A DNA stretch of 64,000 nucleotides from Lytechinus pictus (lineage: Eukaryota). Below the pieces are notes generated by a model. It searched no databases. It had not been told where the DNA came from and saw only the letters and a list, made by a program, of their open reading frames with translations. Positions 1 to 14,300 of this stretch are shown piece by piece. Numbering within the stretch: position 1 is the first letter of the stretch; every line of letters starts with the position of its first letter. The position numbers and the translations under genes are program-made. The DNA is taken from the NCBI RefSeq assembly GCF_037042905.1, contig NC_087250.1, positions 15,812,001 to 15,876,000 of the forward strand, in the 5' to 3' direction.

Positions 1-167
1 AAGTTGTTCAACAATAACTCTGTAAAGCACTTGATTAATGCATCAGAAACCAAACAAGAGCTTCAAAACTTGGGGTTCATAGTGCACTCTCAGTGGAATT
101 TCCAAGCAGGCCACGAGATAGGGTGTCAAAGAAACTCTAGTACCTTGCATTTTATTCAACTTTACAA

Positions 168-2234
168 CAGTGGTGTACAGATGGGGGGCTGGGGTGTTTG
201 CCCCCCCCCCCCCAAAAAAAAAAATCACTACCAAGAAAACAGGTGGATCACTTCTAGCAGTCTCGCCTGCATTACGCGATTCGATATAGCAGCTGCAGTG
301 CCGACTTTGAAAACGACTATAAAATAATTATTCACCAAAAAACACCATTCATATAATATTATCCTACTATGTTCATTGACCCTTAATGGCATTTGACCTT
401 GATCAAGTGACCTACGACTTAGTGTGCAAGATGAGCAATGATACTGGATTATCCGTATGTCCACATTTTATTAACTATATCCATAAAATTTCAAAGTAAT
501 TATAATTATTCAACAATTACCTACAACATGGCCAAAATTCATCGACCTTAAAAGACCTTCGACCTTTGTCATGTGACCTGAAACTTGCACAGGATGTTCA
601 GTGATATTTTATTACCTTTATGTCCAAGTTTTATGAACTAGCTCCATAAACATTAAAAGTCATGATGGAAATACGATGGAAATATTAACTATATCCATAA
701 ACTTTCAAAGTAATTATGATTATAATTATTCAACAATTACCTACAACATGGCCAAAATTCATCGACCTTAAAAGACCTCCAACCTTTGTCATGTGACCTG
801 AAACTTGCACAGGATGTTCAGTGATATTTGATTACCTTTATGTCCAAGTTTTATGAACTAGCTCCATAAACATTAAAAGTCATGATGGAAATATGATGGA
901 AATATTAACTATATCCATAAACTTTCAAAGTAATTATGATTATAATTATTTAACAATTACCTACAACATGGCCAAAATTCATCGACCTTAAAAGACCTTC
1001 GACCTTTGTCATGTGACCTGAAACTTGCACAGGATGTTCAGTGATATTTGATTACCTTTATGTCCAAGTTTTATGAACTAGCTCAATAAACATTAAAAGT
1101 CATGATGGAAATATGATGGAAATATTAACTTTATCCATAAACTTTCAAAGTAATTATGATTATAATTATTCAACAATTACCTACAACATGGCCAAAATTC
1201 ATCGACCTTAAAAGACCTTCGTCCTTTGTCATGAGACCTGAAACTCGCACAGGATGTTCAGTGATATTTGATTACCTTTATGTCCAAGTTTTATGAACTA
1301 GCTCCATAAACATTAAAAGTCATGATGGAAATATGATGGAAATATTAACTATATCCATAAACTTTCAAAGTAATTATGATTATAATTATTCAACAATTAC
1401 CTACAACATGGCCAAAATTCATCGACCTTAAAAGACCTTCGACCTTTGTCATGTGACCTGAAACTCGCACAGGACGTTCAGTGATATTTGATCACCTTTA
1501 TGTCCAAGTTTTATGAACTAGCTCCATAAACATTAAAAGTCATGATGGAAATATGGTGGAAATATTAACTATATCCATAAACTTTCAAAGTAATTATGAT
1601 TATAATTATTCAACAATTACCTACAACATGGCCAAAATTCATCGACCTTAAAAGACCTTTGTCATGTGACCTAAAACAAGTACAGGATGTTCAGTGATAT
1701 TTGATTACCTTTATGTCCAAGTTTTATGAACTAGCTCCATAAACATTAAAAGTCATCATGGAAATTCAACAAATACCCCCAACATGCCCAAAGTTCATTG
1801 ACCCTAAAAATGACCTTTGACCTTGGTCATGTGACCTGAAACCAAGGAAGGATGTTCAGTAATACTTGATTTACCTTGTGTCCAAGTTTCATGAACTACG
1901 TCCATATACCTTTTTAAGTTATATCATTTAAAAAACTTAACCTTAGGTATAAGATTTGATGTTGATGACGCCATGATCACCGAAAAGCGGTGCCAATAGT
2001 CTCGCTCTGCTATGCAGGCAAGACAAAAATGAGGAATTAAGTAAAGAAAGGGAAAAAGAGAAGGGTGAAATGCGATATTATTTTCTGAATGTCAAACTCA
2101 ATCACAAATTGGATTTTTGTCATCAAAAATGTCATAATTTTTGATCGGTTGATTGCTCACTCGCAGCATTTTCTAAATTTTGGCTGATGTGCCATATATG
2201 GCCCCCTCAAAAAATTTTGCTCGATACACCACTG
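168..2234. mobile_element. hAT-like MITE carrying a nested pearl/HINE-like element
   Basis: TIRs CAGTGGTGTA / TACACCACTG with a perfect 8-bp TSD CTTTACAA (160-167, 2235-2242). Confidence 0.85.
238..2029 (+). mobile_element. pearl/Tsp-like Helentron-associated non-autonomous element, family A, with 220-bp internal tandem repeats
   Basis: Subterminal inverted repeat GTCTCGCCTGCAT / ATGCAGGCAAGAC, 3' hairpin, about 6 x 220-bp core; paralog at 26177-27356. Confidence 0.75.
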
Positions 2235-2420
2235 CTTTACAACTTCAAATATTTTAACAGCGAAGAAGAACTCTTTCAGATAAGCTCATTTTCTTATATA
2301 TTTTTTGTTTTGAAGACCAAATTACCAATTTAACTTTTTACAGAGAACCTTCCCCAAGAACTTATTTATGGGTTTGGGCTAGCAGGTGACAATTATACAT
2401 ATGCAATTTGGTATACTTAC

Positions 2421-2495
2421 AAGTTACGTGCTGTGACCGAGGAGAAGGCGAAGGAGTCTATTTGAACTATCGGGTTATTTTTAAGGTCAATATGC
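2421..2495 (-). CDS. LRR exon (HIDLKNNPIVQIDSFAFSSVTARN)
   Basis: 75 nt, phase 2-2, TAG/GTAAG. Confidence 0.9.
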
Positions 2496-5322
2496 CTAGG
2501 AGTGAATTGAAAAATATATAATGATCAACATAATAGAGGGGAAACTGTTATTCCATTTTGGTATAGCGTTTTTTAGTTTGAATAATGATCTGACATTTTA
2601 TGGTTAGATGTACTGTGTTAAAAACAAACATTAGTTTGACAAAGCAAAAATAATAAGTAAATAAACTGGAAATCGGGGGTAACTGGGTTTTAGACTTAAA
2701 GGGATGCTCGGGGATAAAAATATTTATAACTAAATAGAGTCAGATTCACAGAGCAAAATGCTAAAAATTTCATCAAAATCTGATTACAAAGAGCGGAGTT
2801 ATGAAATTTTTAAATTTAGCAATATATTGTGAAAACAGTTACTAGTGTATGCACGTTGTCATGAATATTCATTACATCAGCTGATGATGTCACATCCCCT
2901 CTTTCCTTGCTCTTATTTTATTACATTGAAATCATAATTGTTACATTTTTTCATACATGTGTGAATGATATGTCTTCTTTATTATGAAATAATTTGGAGG
3001 TAATGAATATCTAATGCATTTAATCAGATGTTATTCCAAGATTTTGGTTCTCGAAGGAAAAAACTCTGAATAAATAAACCTAATTTCATATAATAAAATA
3101 CAAAAGAACAAGAGTGAATATGACATCATCAGTTTGCTCATTGAATATTCATGAAGAAATGCCCAGAGAACTGTTGCAGCGGAATAATGCAAATCTTTAA
3201 AATGGCATAACTTTTTTATTCCTCGGCCGATTTTGATCAAATTCTCAGTGATTGAATTGTTTGTCTGATTTTTCTTAATCTGTTCAAATCATATTATTTT
3301 CAGCCTGGAGTACGATACTCATACTGGGCATTATGGCGTGCGCCTGTAATCCAAGCTGCATGACGTAGGGAATTTACAAAGTGCTGGAGACGCTTGAGGT
3401 TCAAGACCTTGTTACGTCTTTCGGATGGTGACGCTTAAGGTCGGTCCCAGACGTAAGTAATCATATCTGATTGATACACGTCTGACAAACTCAATTACAC
3501 ACACACACACACATGTGGCTTTACTACAGGTGAGACCTAGACCAATTGAATGCAGAAGATATACTGTAAACCAAACTAAATTCCCCTAACCCACTGCATT
3601 CTGAAGCTGAATAATCCCTAGCTGTACATAGCCTATGGGAATTAAAGAATTCGGTAGTAAAAAGGGTAAACAAGGCATTTATAAGCGATTTTTGTGTCTC
3701 GCCCACTTATGAAAATAACCAGATATATCGTGATTTGCGAGGGCATGCAAAAAAATTGCATCAAAACTTCATTGTGAAATACAGTGACTGGGATGGAATA
3801 ACATTTGTCATAAAAGACTCTTGCAAAATAAACTTTGACCTTACCATGTAACCTTGTGGAGCCAAGATATGTGCAAACAATGGTATATGTGCAAAATTTC
3901 TCCGGGATTTGTGCAAACGCCACGCCGGGAAGTGTGCAAATCTGTCAAAATTTATCAATGGCACATGTGCAAACGTGACGACGGGATATGTGCAAATGAA
4001 CAATTTTCACGGGAAATGTGCAAACCTCGGGATATGTGCAAATCACTGTTTTTATCAATATTAAGGCTATTTCTCATGAAATGTTTCATAATATTACTGT
4101 TAAAATGAGAAATATGCCTGCATAAGGTAGAATCTACAATGCCATCGGCAATGAAACGCTTTTCAGAGAGGCGGGGGGGCACCAGACTAAAATTTAAAGG
4201 ACACTCAATTTCGAACACTGCCTATGTTATGTACCCTTGCTTTATAACAGTCATAGTTTGGGGTCTTAATTTTGAAGGTTTTTTAATCACCGGTCTGGAG
4301 TAAAGACTACACTCTATATCCATTTTTTTTCACAGGAATGAGACTGTGGGGTCTTTTGTTTAAATAAACGGGTCTGGAGAATTGAGAATACTTTATATAC
4401 ACGTTCTTTATTACAGAGTCTTAGTAGTGGAAGATGGCGGGGCTTTAATAGTTTTGAATTTGTTTAATCACCCGGTCTGGAGTAAAAGACTACACTTTAT
4501 ACTCATCTTTTAGGAATGAGACGGTGGGGTCTTGAATTTGATTTTTTTTAATTATTATTGATATAACAGGGTCTGGGGTAATGACTACATTCTATATTCA
4601 TTTTTACAGGTTCTTAATTTGGTAGACAGTGAGGTGTTGCAGTTTTTAATTATTTTTGAAAGACTATGCTCTTTACTTATGCTTTAGTACAGGATCTTAG
4701 TTTATAAGGATCTTCAAATTGTTAAACAAGGCAAAAGCGATTTTGTGTCTCGCCCACTTATGAAAATAACCAGAAATATCGTGATTTGCGAGGGCACGCA
4801 ACAGAATTGTATTGAAACTTCATTGTGAAATGACTGGGATGGAATTACACTTGTCATAAGAGCCTTGCACGTAAACTTTAATGTTGACCTGAAAATGACC
4901 TTTGAGCTTACCATGTGACCTCCGACTGCAGCATAACATGCAGGTCCCCCAAGTCCATCTACCATCCAAGTTTGGTTGAAAAGTGACTAATGGTTGCGGA
5001 GTTAGGCGGAGTAAGAGAGTCTTGCATGTAAACTTTAACGTTGACCTGAAAATGACCTTTGACCTTACCATGTGACCTCCGACTGCAGCATAATATGCAG
5101 GTCCCTCAAGTCCATCTACCATCCAAGTTTGGTTGAAAAGCGTCTTTTGGTTGTGGAGTTATGTGTCATTAGGTTTGTGCCGGACGGACGACAAGCGGAC
5201 GACAGACGACGGACGACATTTGGATCCCTAAGTCTCGCCTTCACCTCTGGTGGGCGAGACAATAACCGAGTCTGGAGTATTAAAAGACTACACTTTATAT
5301 CCATGTTATTCCAAACGATATA

Positions 5323-5358
<36 letters not shown>

Positions 5359-8300
5359 TATATATCCATTTCACACAATGGTGGGTCTGGAGTACATCTG
5401 TGGGTAAGAGAGTTATTACATTTGACGGCGATCTTTTGTGTGTAATGTGTTATACGTTTCAGGGTGTTATTACATTGTGGGTATAACAACTCTTGCACGA
5501 ATGACCAAAAAAAAATACTCTTGTGTCCCATTTGCCTTGAAAGTGCCTCAGTCAGTGTTCGAAATTGAGTGTCCTTTAAATTTTAGTCTGGTGCCCCCCC
5601 CCCCCCCCCCGCCTCTCTGAAAAGCGTTTCATTGCCGATGGCATTGTAGCTTCTCCCTTATGCAGGCATATTTCTCATTTTAACAGTAATATTATGAAAC
5701 ATTTCATTGGTATTGGTATTGGTGGTGATTTTTTACCTGATTGCTAAGAAAGCATGAATGCTTGTAAGCAAGCAACCAGAGGACCGACGGCTTAAGGTCC
5801 TCTCCGAAGGACCTGGTACTGAGGATTAATGCCTTACCAAAGGGCACTAGCGCACCAAGTGAGAATCAAACCCGGGTCACCGGAATACGAGTCCCCCGCT
5901 CTACCGACTGAGCTATCGCGCCTCCATACAGTAATCATGAGAAATAGCCTTAATCATGAGAAATACATGTAGCCTTGATATTGATAAAAACAGAGATTTG
6001 CACATATCCGAGGTTTGCACATTTCCCGTGAAAATTGTTCATTTGCACATATCCCGTCGTCACGTTTGCACATGTGCCGTTGATAAATTTTGACAGATTT
6101 GCACATTTCCCGGCGTGGCGTTAGCACAAATCCTGGCGAAATTTTGCACATGTACATATGTACCGTTGTTTGCACGTATCTCGGCATTTGCATACAACAC
6201 GGCTCCACAGAACTCCGAACACAATAACATGCAGGTCTCCTAAGTACACCTACCACCCAGTCTAAAAGTGACTCATGGTTGCAGAGTTATGTGTCATACA
6301 TGTAACACTGACCTCAAAATGACCTTTGACCTTACCATGTGACCTCTGATTGCGCCATGACATGAAGGTCTCCTGGTACATCTACAACCCAAGTTCAGGT
6401 GAAAAATGACTTACGGTACGTTGCGGAGTTATGTGTCATAAGAGAGTCTTGCATGAAAACTTTAATGTTGACCTGAAAATGACCTTTGACCTAACCATCT
6501 GACCTCCGACTACAGCCAAACATGCAGGTCCCCTAAGTACATTAACAACCCAAGTTTGGGTGAAAAGTAACTTATGGTTGCAGAGTTATGTGTCATAATG
6601 TTTTTGACGGACGGACAGACGAACGACATTTGGATCCCCAAGTCTCGCCTTCACCTTTGGTGGGCGAGACAAAAATGAGTAATATTAATATGACATTTGA
6701 TCTTGTAACCTCAAAATCTGATCGGACCATTCCCACTCACATATGCAGATATGAGCCAAGTTCGAAAAATTATCTCTCAAACAGTCCATAGGTTATTGCA
6801 AGAAAGAGATATTTTCAGGTATGAATTGACCATTGTGACCTTTGACCTCCAGACTCCTAATTCTAATCATATCATCATGCACACATGAACCAAGTCGGAA
6901 GTTGATCCTTCAAACAGGTCTACATTCATCACAAGAGCAAGATACTTTCAGGTATATCATGACCTCTGTGAACTTTGACCTTTAGCTTTCATACCCCATA
7001 ACTAACTTATCATCGATCACTCTTATATGCATATTTGGAACAAGTTTGAAGAAAAAGGGAATAAAACAATACCCGACATTGGCTCCATGAAAGGCATTCT
7101 TCTCAATGCGGCTGATACGGTTCCCGCTCAAACCCCTAGAAATGAAATTGAAATTTGTAAATAGATAATTCACAAATTTATGAATTACATAAAAATAGAG
7201 GCTACAGAATGAATACTGAAACTAAATTATTCAAGCAATATTCATATTTTGAAAATTAATTTCTCTCATTGTTATTACTATAATGATTGCCATCATCACA
7301 AAAGTAATATCTTTGATACAAATTTAGCTACCTCATTATCACCATCATTAACGGTTCCAAAGTGTAGTAGTATAGAATTCAGTTATTTTCTGCATGGTGA
7401 TGATTAAAAAAAAAGAGGAAGAATAATAATGATGATGATGATGGTGGTGATGGTGGTGATGAAGATTTTGGTAATGGTGAGATAGTAATGGTGATGGTGG
7501 TGATGATGATGCTGAAGATGATGGAGATGATGATGATGGAGATGATGATGGCGATGATGATAATGATGATGGTGAAGATGATGACAACAACAATGATGGT
7601 GAAGATGACGATGGTGAAGAAGATGATAATGATGATGATTATGATGATTATGGTAATGACAAATATGATGATGATGATGATGAAAAAGGAGATGGAGATA
7701 ATGTCAAGCAATAAGAACAGAAAATCTCCCCCCCCCAAAAAAAAAAAAATAATAATAATAATAAAATAAAAATAAAATAAAAATAATACAAAATTAAAAA
7801 CGATGAAAAGAAAATAAACCAATACGGATCTAAAAAATATGGGTCTACTCACAAATTTTGTCCAGCATAGTTCAGAAAAGTCCAAGACCTGATAATACCG
7901 ATTCTGCTTCCTTTAAAGAGGCTGAAAATTCAACATATGAAGCACAATTTCAATGATACCGGAGACGAGAAGAAAAATCCATATTTTATTTGTAAAAGTT
8001 AAATCTGAATATAGAAATACTCTGAAATTTTTTTTTTCCCAATAAGCCTGTTCACGGTTGTAAACTGCGCACGAGCAGAAAAAGGTCATTGGAGACAACC
8101 ATGAAGGTGGCTTTCAAATTCACTGACATAGGCATTTGTGATTTGATGATTATTCATGTATTCCTTTCAAAATATTTATCACATCCAAGCTGAAGAGTAA
8201 TAAATAGAGCCTTCATAATCACTGGTATTTGACAGAAGCCTAAACAATATTCAAATGTGCCAAAGGCAGACAATAAAACAGATTTCCAAACTTTATCCCT

Positions 8301-11300
8301 AATGTACTATTCCATAGTCACCTGGTCTATACAATGCCTTTTGTTCTTAGAATTTGAATACTCTACCGGTAAAGCTTACGCAACATCTACATTTGAAAAT
8401 GATAGTGCTTATCCTAATGAAAAATCACAAAGGTCATTTGAGAAAAGTTGATCTTGAGCTAACCGTGAACTGGTTTATTGATCGTGGGCCCGGCAGCCAC
8501 TGTGCAGCCCCAGATCAACACAGCTCTATCCCTTGAATTGTCGAATGCCAATTAAGTAGGGCAGCAGCTCGGAATGCCACTTGGTGTCCTCCTAAGACCC
8601 TGAAATCTTTTTTTGCGGGCAGGGTCAGTGTCCAAGGCAGTGGTGACTCTTACCCATCCTGAGACCAGCCAGATCCCCTAGACAATCGCATTGTTTTGGT
8701 TCTTCATTTTTATTTTTGTTTGTGTGTGTGTTTTTCTAATGTGGCTTCTTACCTCGTTGTGATCAATGACTTTGAAGACAAGGTTTGAAAGACTGACGGT
8801 AGTTGTTGGGTGCTGCTTCTAGCATGCACGCCTGCTTTTCTGATGAACATCTTTTGTTACATGTTCACGCAAACACTTTTTGCCAGCTGAAGCATACTTC
8901 AGTTGCTTGTTGCACCAAATACACAAAGCAACACCTGGTAGGTTTATCTTGTGAAAATATTCTGACATAAAATCTCCATTGTTATCTTTATCCTCCATCC
9001 ATGACCAGTTCCATTTGTTCTTAATGTTTAGTTTGAATGCCATATGAATAAACTCCCTGCAGACATAGTTAACTCATTATCCTTCAAAAATAAATTAAAT
9101 ATCAATCAATACCTTGAGCCACTCAACACGTAGCATGCTCTGCAAGCATGATGTGCCAATCCTGGTATATTGCTTACTGAACCATACAGATACAGAATGA
9201 TATTGTCCGTCCTCTCTATCACTTTCGCATTCATCTTAGCTTTTTATATCCAGTGCAGTGGCAGAGAATCATAATCTAAAGACTTTGGTGATGGTGGTCA
9301 CTAGTATTTTACCACAAATATATCAAATTCAATAGAGAAGTTTGATGATAGTTCACAAAATATATCCAGTTAGAACAAGGCATAAGCTATGTTGTGTCTC
9401 GCCCACTTGTGAGAGTAACTAGAAATATTGTGATTTGCGAGGGCACGCAACAGAATGGTATCAAATGTTCATTGTAAAATAACTGGGATGGAATAACATT
9501 TGTCATATGAGTCTTACACATAAACTTTAATGTTGACCTCAAAATGACCTTTGACCTTACCATGTGACCTCTGAACACAATAACATGAAGGTACATGTAT
9601 CCTAAGTATCACTACATGTACAACCCAAGTTTGGTTCAAAAGTGACTTACGGTTGCAGAGCTATGTCATAACAATGACCTCAAAATGACCTTTGACTTAC
9701 CATGTTACCTCTGACTGCGCATTGATATGCAGGTCTCCTTAGTACATCTACAACTCAAGAGTCTTGCATGTAAACTTTAACGTTGACCTGAAAATGACCT
9801 TTGAGCTTACCATGTGACCTCCGACTGCAGCATAACATGCAGGTCCCCCTAACTTCATCTACCATCTAAGTTTGGTTGAAAAGTGACTTACGGTTGCATA
9901 GTTATGTGTCATAAGAGAGTCTTGCATGTAAACTTTAACGTTGACCTGAAAATGATTTTTGACCTTACCGTGTGACCTCCGACTGCAGCATAACATGCAG
10001 GTCCCCGAAGTCCATCTACCATCTAGGTTTGGTTGAAAAAATACTTACGGTTGGAGTTAGGTATCATAAGAGAGTCTTGCATGTAAACTTTCACGTTGAC
10101 CTGCATGGAAACTTTAATGTTGACCTGAAAATGACCTTTGACCTGACCATATGACCTTCGACTGCAGCATAAGATGCAGGTCCCCCAAGTCCATCTACCA
10201 TCCAAGTTTGGTTGAAGAGCGACTTACGGTTGTGGAGTAATGTGTCATTAGGTTTGTGACGGACGGACGACATTTGGATCCCTAAGTCTCGCCTTCACCT
10301 CTGGTGGGCGAGACAAAAATCAATTAAAATGAAAATCTAAAATTATACTTAAAATAAACAGTCCTGCAGCAAAAAGAAAGGGGAGAATTGGGAGAGATGC
10401 GGAGCACTAATGTATGATTTAAGAGATTACATGCATACAATTTGGACATGTCTTCATACTGTGCACTATATACGTAGACAAACTCTAAACAATCACAGTG
10501 CGGAACACAATGTGAACATGTCTTCACACTGTGCACTATATACAGTATGTAGACAAAGTCTGAACAATCAAAGTGTGGAACACAATGTGAACATGTCTTC
10601 ATACTGTGCACTATATACAGTATGTAGACAAAGTCTGAACAATCACATGTCTTAATACTGTACACTATATATGTAGACCAAGTCTGAACAATCAGTGTGG
10701 TACACAATGTGAACATGTCTTCATACTGTGTACTATATACAGTATGTAGACAAAGTCTGAAAAATCAAAGTGTGGAACACAATGTGAACATGCCTTCATA
10801 CTGTGGACTATATACAGTATGTAGACAAAGTCTGAAAAATAAAAAGTATGGAACACAATGTGAAAATGTCTTCATACCGAGTACTACATACGTAAACAGT
10901 CTGAACAATCAGTGTGGAACGCAAAGGCCTAAATTCACAAAGGTGGTTTTTAAAACCATTGCTTGAACCCTTTGTTTATTCAGATTTCCTGTATAAATTA
11001 CACTTATTTTACCGCGTATATTGAAAAATGTCCAATATGCTGATGCACCCTTTTGTCACAGTGCGCCAAATTGATGCCTGCATGTTGTCATGGTTAAGCA
11101 CGCTATTTTATTCATTAGTCCACTGTTTGAAGAGTGGACTCACAAAACAATGGACTCATGAATAATCACTGCAACAGGCATCTATTTGGTGCACTGTGAC
11201 GAAAGCGCGCATCAGCATTGGATGTTTTTTTATATATGCAGTAGAGAAGCCGTATTTACACAGGAAATCTGCATAAATCATGGGTTCAACTAATTTTTAA

Positions 11301-14300
11301 AAACCACCTTTGTGCACTACAGGGGTATGTAGATAGCCTGTTTAATTTGAGCACCTTGACAATGTAAATATCATACCTTCAAAATAATGTGAACAGCCAC
11401 CCGAAAAAAAAAATAATAATTAGCTCACCCCCTTCTGATCTCTCCTGCCGTTTGCGCGATCGCACCAAAATTTGGCACGCACATTTGTTACCACATAAAC
11501 TACAAGCCAGTATAACACAATTCAAAAAAATATTTATTTCTTATGAATAAAACATGCAAATTTACTTATGTAAAAAACATTATATGCATATCTAACAACC
11601 AATTTCACTTCAATATTTTTTCTTTTTATCCAGATGTCTTTTTAATCTAATTCTAAAGGTTTCCACAAAGAAAAATTGCAAAACCAATTTTTCCTTATGT
11701 ATTTACTTTTTTTTAGAATTTCTTATGTATTTGCTTTCTCATCTTCTGTTTTTCATTGTTTATTCATTGGAAACTATTACAGACCATTTAACAACTAAAT
11801 TAAACCCTAAATTAATGAAGCAAACCAATTAGAACGAAAAATAATCACCCTTTAATGAATTTCATCTCCCATAGACTTTGTACACAAAGTATAAAAATAA
11901 GCCATTTTGGGCTTCACTTAGTCTCGTAAAAAGTCATGTGGCGTCGGGATGCTATACCCGTATATTACGAATTTGGTCTCAAAAGTTGTGCGAGACTTCC
12001 CAAAAAAAAGTAATAAAATATCGCTCCGCTATCCGTATGCATTTTGGAAATATCGCGCGAAGCGTTGGGGGGCCATCATACCCCCCCCCTAGTCCTCTTA
12101 GGGTTAACTACTTGTGAGTTATTGTTGATCAATATTGAAGAGTAATATATCATTTTAAATCTTAGTTTGTGCTTTTTTACAATAAATAGAAATCTCAAAA
12201 CTTGTTTTGGGCATTCACCGTTTGTTCTGGGTGTTCACAAATATCGTATCCATTGACCAGGGGCCCGTTGCAGAAAGAGTCACGTTTAAACGCAAGCCAA
12301 AAAATCAATCGCATGTCCAAAATGCGCGCTGTTGATTGGTTGAAAATCAAGTTGCGTGTGATTTTTAGATCGAGTTGCAATTGATTGCAACTCTTTCTGC
12401 AATGGGCCCCTGGCCACGGAGGATTATCTATTATTCCGAGGATGCTTTGACAATGCTCAGCTCCCCCGGTAACAAAAGCATAAACCTCTGTGGCCAGGAC
12501 CCTGATAATATCTTAAATTTGCCCAGTGTATGTGTGTACTATCCTATGAGACACTGCATTTTTTTCAAGCATGTGTATACATACGCATAGTCCATCTTGG
12601 TTTGTTGCAGGTCTGGAAATGGGAGCTCTATCAATCGATTGTTGTACACATAGATGGTCCAATAATAATGTTTTGAAAATGTCCCTGGTTCGATGTAGGT
12701 GAGATCATTATAGCCCATGTCGGTGTAGCCCAAGACTGTGTCTCTGAAAATATCCTTTGGTAAATACGTTATATCACCTCCAAAGAGTTGGCTGTATGGT
12801 AGATCAAGCAAAGAAAATTGTTGTGCCAGTGCAAGAACACCCTTAGCAAAATATTTTCGCATTGGTGCAGAAACGCCCTTTAATACGCAATTACACGATG
12901 CTAAAGACACTTCTGCACCTATGCATAAGGGTGCAGTGTTAAGGGGGCTGACAAAGATTGAAAAGCAATATAAGACACGTCACCGCATTGGTCAAAGCAA
13001 GCACAGGGGAACCACACTCAATATTAATCAATGGGGTTACCCGTTAGGTGCATGTGTTGGTCCATTCAAGTGGGAAGCGTTTCACAATTGTCAGAAGTTT
13101 TATCTGACAAGTCCTGTTTTATCCAACAGTTACTATATATGCCTCTCAGCCAATCAGAATTAAGGAAAGTTGTCAGATCTGACTTGTCAGACAAAAATGT
13201 TGATAAAGTAAACACTTTTGCGAAATACCCCCATTAGTTGATTGTAAGAGAGAGATAGAGACAGACAGAGAAAAAGAGAGAGGGGTGAATATGGTAGAGG
13301 TAACGGCCCGTATTCTGAAGTCGGGTTTAATTTAAACTCAGGTTTAAAGTTGTGGTTTAAGTATGGGAAGCCAAAAGTATCAAAATTTTTATTAAGTTGT
13401 ATGTTTCTTATGTTTACTGTGCTCTTTCCTGATTCATCGATGGTGAAGACAATAATCTATTCATATTTCCTAGACAATTATGAATGATTTGAGAGCCAAA
13501 TGAGCTGAAGTATGATATCTCTACTGTTAGTGATTTATGTAACAATTGGCTGTCCATACTTAAACCACAACTTTAAACCCGAGTTTAAACTCATTTGGCG
13601 GAGGGGGGTATCTGAATTTCAAAAAAGAAAATCATGTCTAAAACGTTCAATATCTGCTCTTTTATTTGATAACTTAATCACAGAAAATTGTCAAGAAGTA
13701 AAAAAGTTATGTTCCCTCGAAACAATGCTTGTATTTCCATAATTTCATTAAATAAACGCGTTTTCACCGGTTTCCCACAGAAGCTATCGCACAGTTAACA
13801 AAGACTTAATGCATGACTGATCGTCAACAAAACGGGGGATCGAGTGAGCCTGAACGCTAGGCTGTAAAAGCTCTTTATTTTATGAAATGATTGAAATTTA
13901 AGTCTTATTTCAACTAACCAGAACTTTGTTACTTCTTGACCACTTTTTTTAATTGAGGTATCAAATTAAATAGCAGATATTGAACTTTTTTCAAATGTGG
14001 TTTTCTTTTTGAAACCCAGATACAGCCTGCCAAGTGACTTTTTGGTATCCCCTCTTCAAATTATTTTTGCTCACTCATGCGTGAATGAGAAATAATCAAA
14101 GTAATGTCAGATGAAAGAGGAGGTTCTAAGCTTTACAATGGTAGGTAATTTGTCTATAGTTTTTTATGATTAAGTTATGATAACTCATCACTAAATCTCA
14201 GTTTCGTTTTCTGTGGGACGCACTGTATAGGCAAATTAAGGTAAGGATAAATTCTAAACCCAAAATAACGGTTGGTAACGAACAAGGTAAACAACGTTAT

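Larger units (their letters stand above)
3855..6209. mobile_element. Foldback-type element with about 365-bp inverted arms
   Basis: 3855-4220 is the reverse complement of 5553-6209 once the SINE is removed; termini TGTGGAGCC / GGCTCCACA. Confidence 0.8.
3668..6675 (+). mobile_element. pearl/HINE-like element, family B, outer copy with nested insertions
   Basis: AACAAGG start, subTIR TGTCTCGCCCAC / GTGGGCGAGACA, ACGG microsatellite, 3' hairpin, tandem TGACCTTTGACC core. Confidence 0.75.

Noticed and set aside
3323..3410. Human Alu contamination or a true 7SL gene
   Set aside because: Similarity stops after about 85 nt, with no S domain and no Alu dimer or poly(A); the sequence continues into an invertebrate-type SINE body within a coherent intron.
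3528..3563. Possible 36-nt micro-exon (ISSAFNWSRSH)
   Set aside because: Weak donor (GTAGTA), and exons 7073 and 2421 already join into a correct LRR register without it.
5850..5925. tRNA genes (also about 16420-16493 and 28124-28195)
   Set aside because: A/B boxes continue into SINE bodies and tails; no complete cloverleaf was seen.
7348..7885. Low-complexity ORFs (also 22163-22561, 55227-55517, 57695-58067)
   Set aside because: They are translations of trinucleotide microsatellites.
8354..8536. Recurrent small ORF MNTLPVKL... (also 39052 and 43687)
   Set aside because: Lies inside three copies of a non-coding MITE and starts at TTG.
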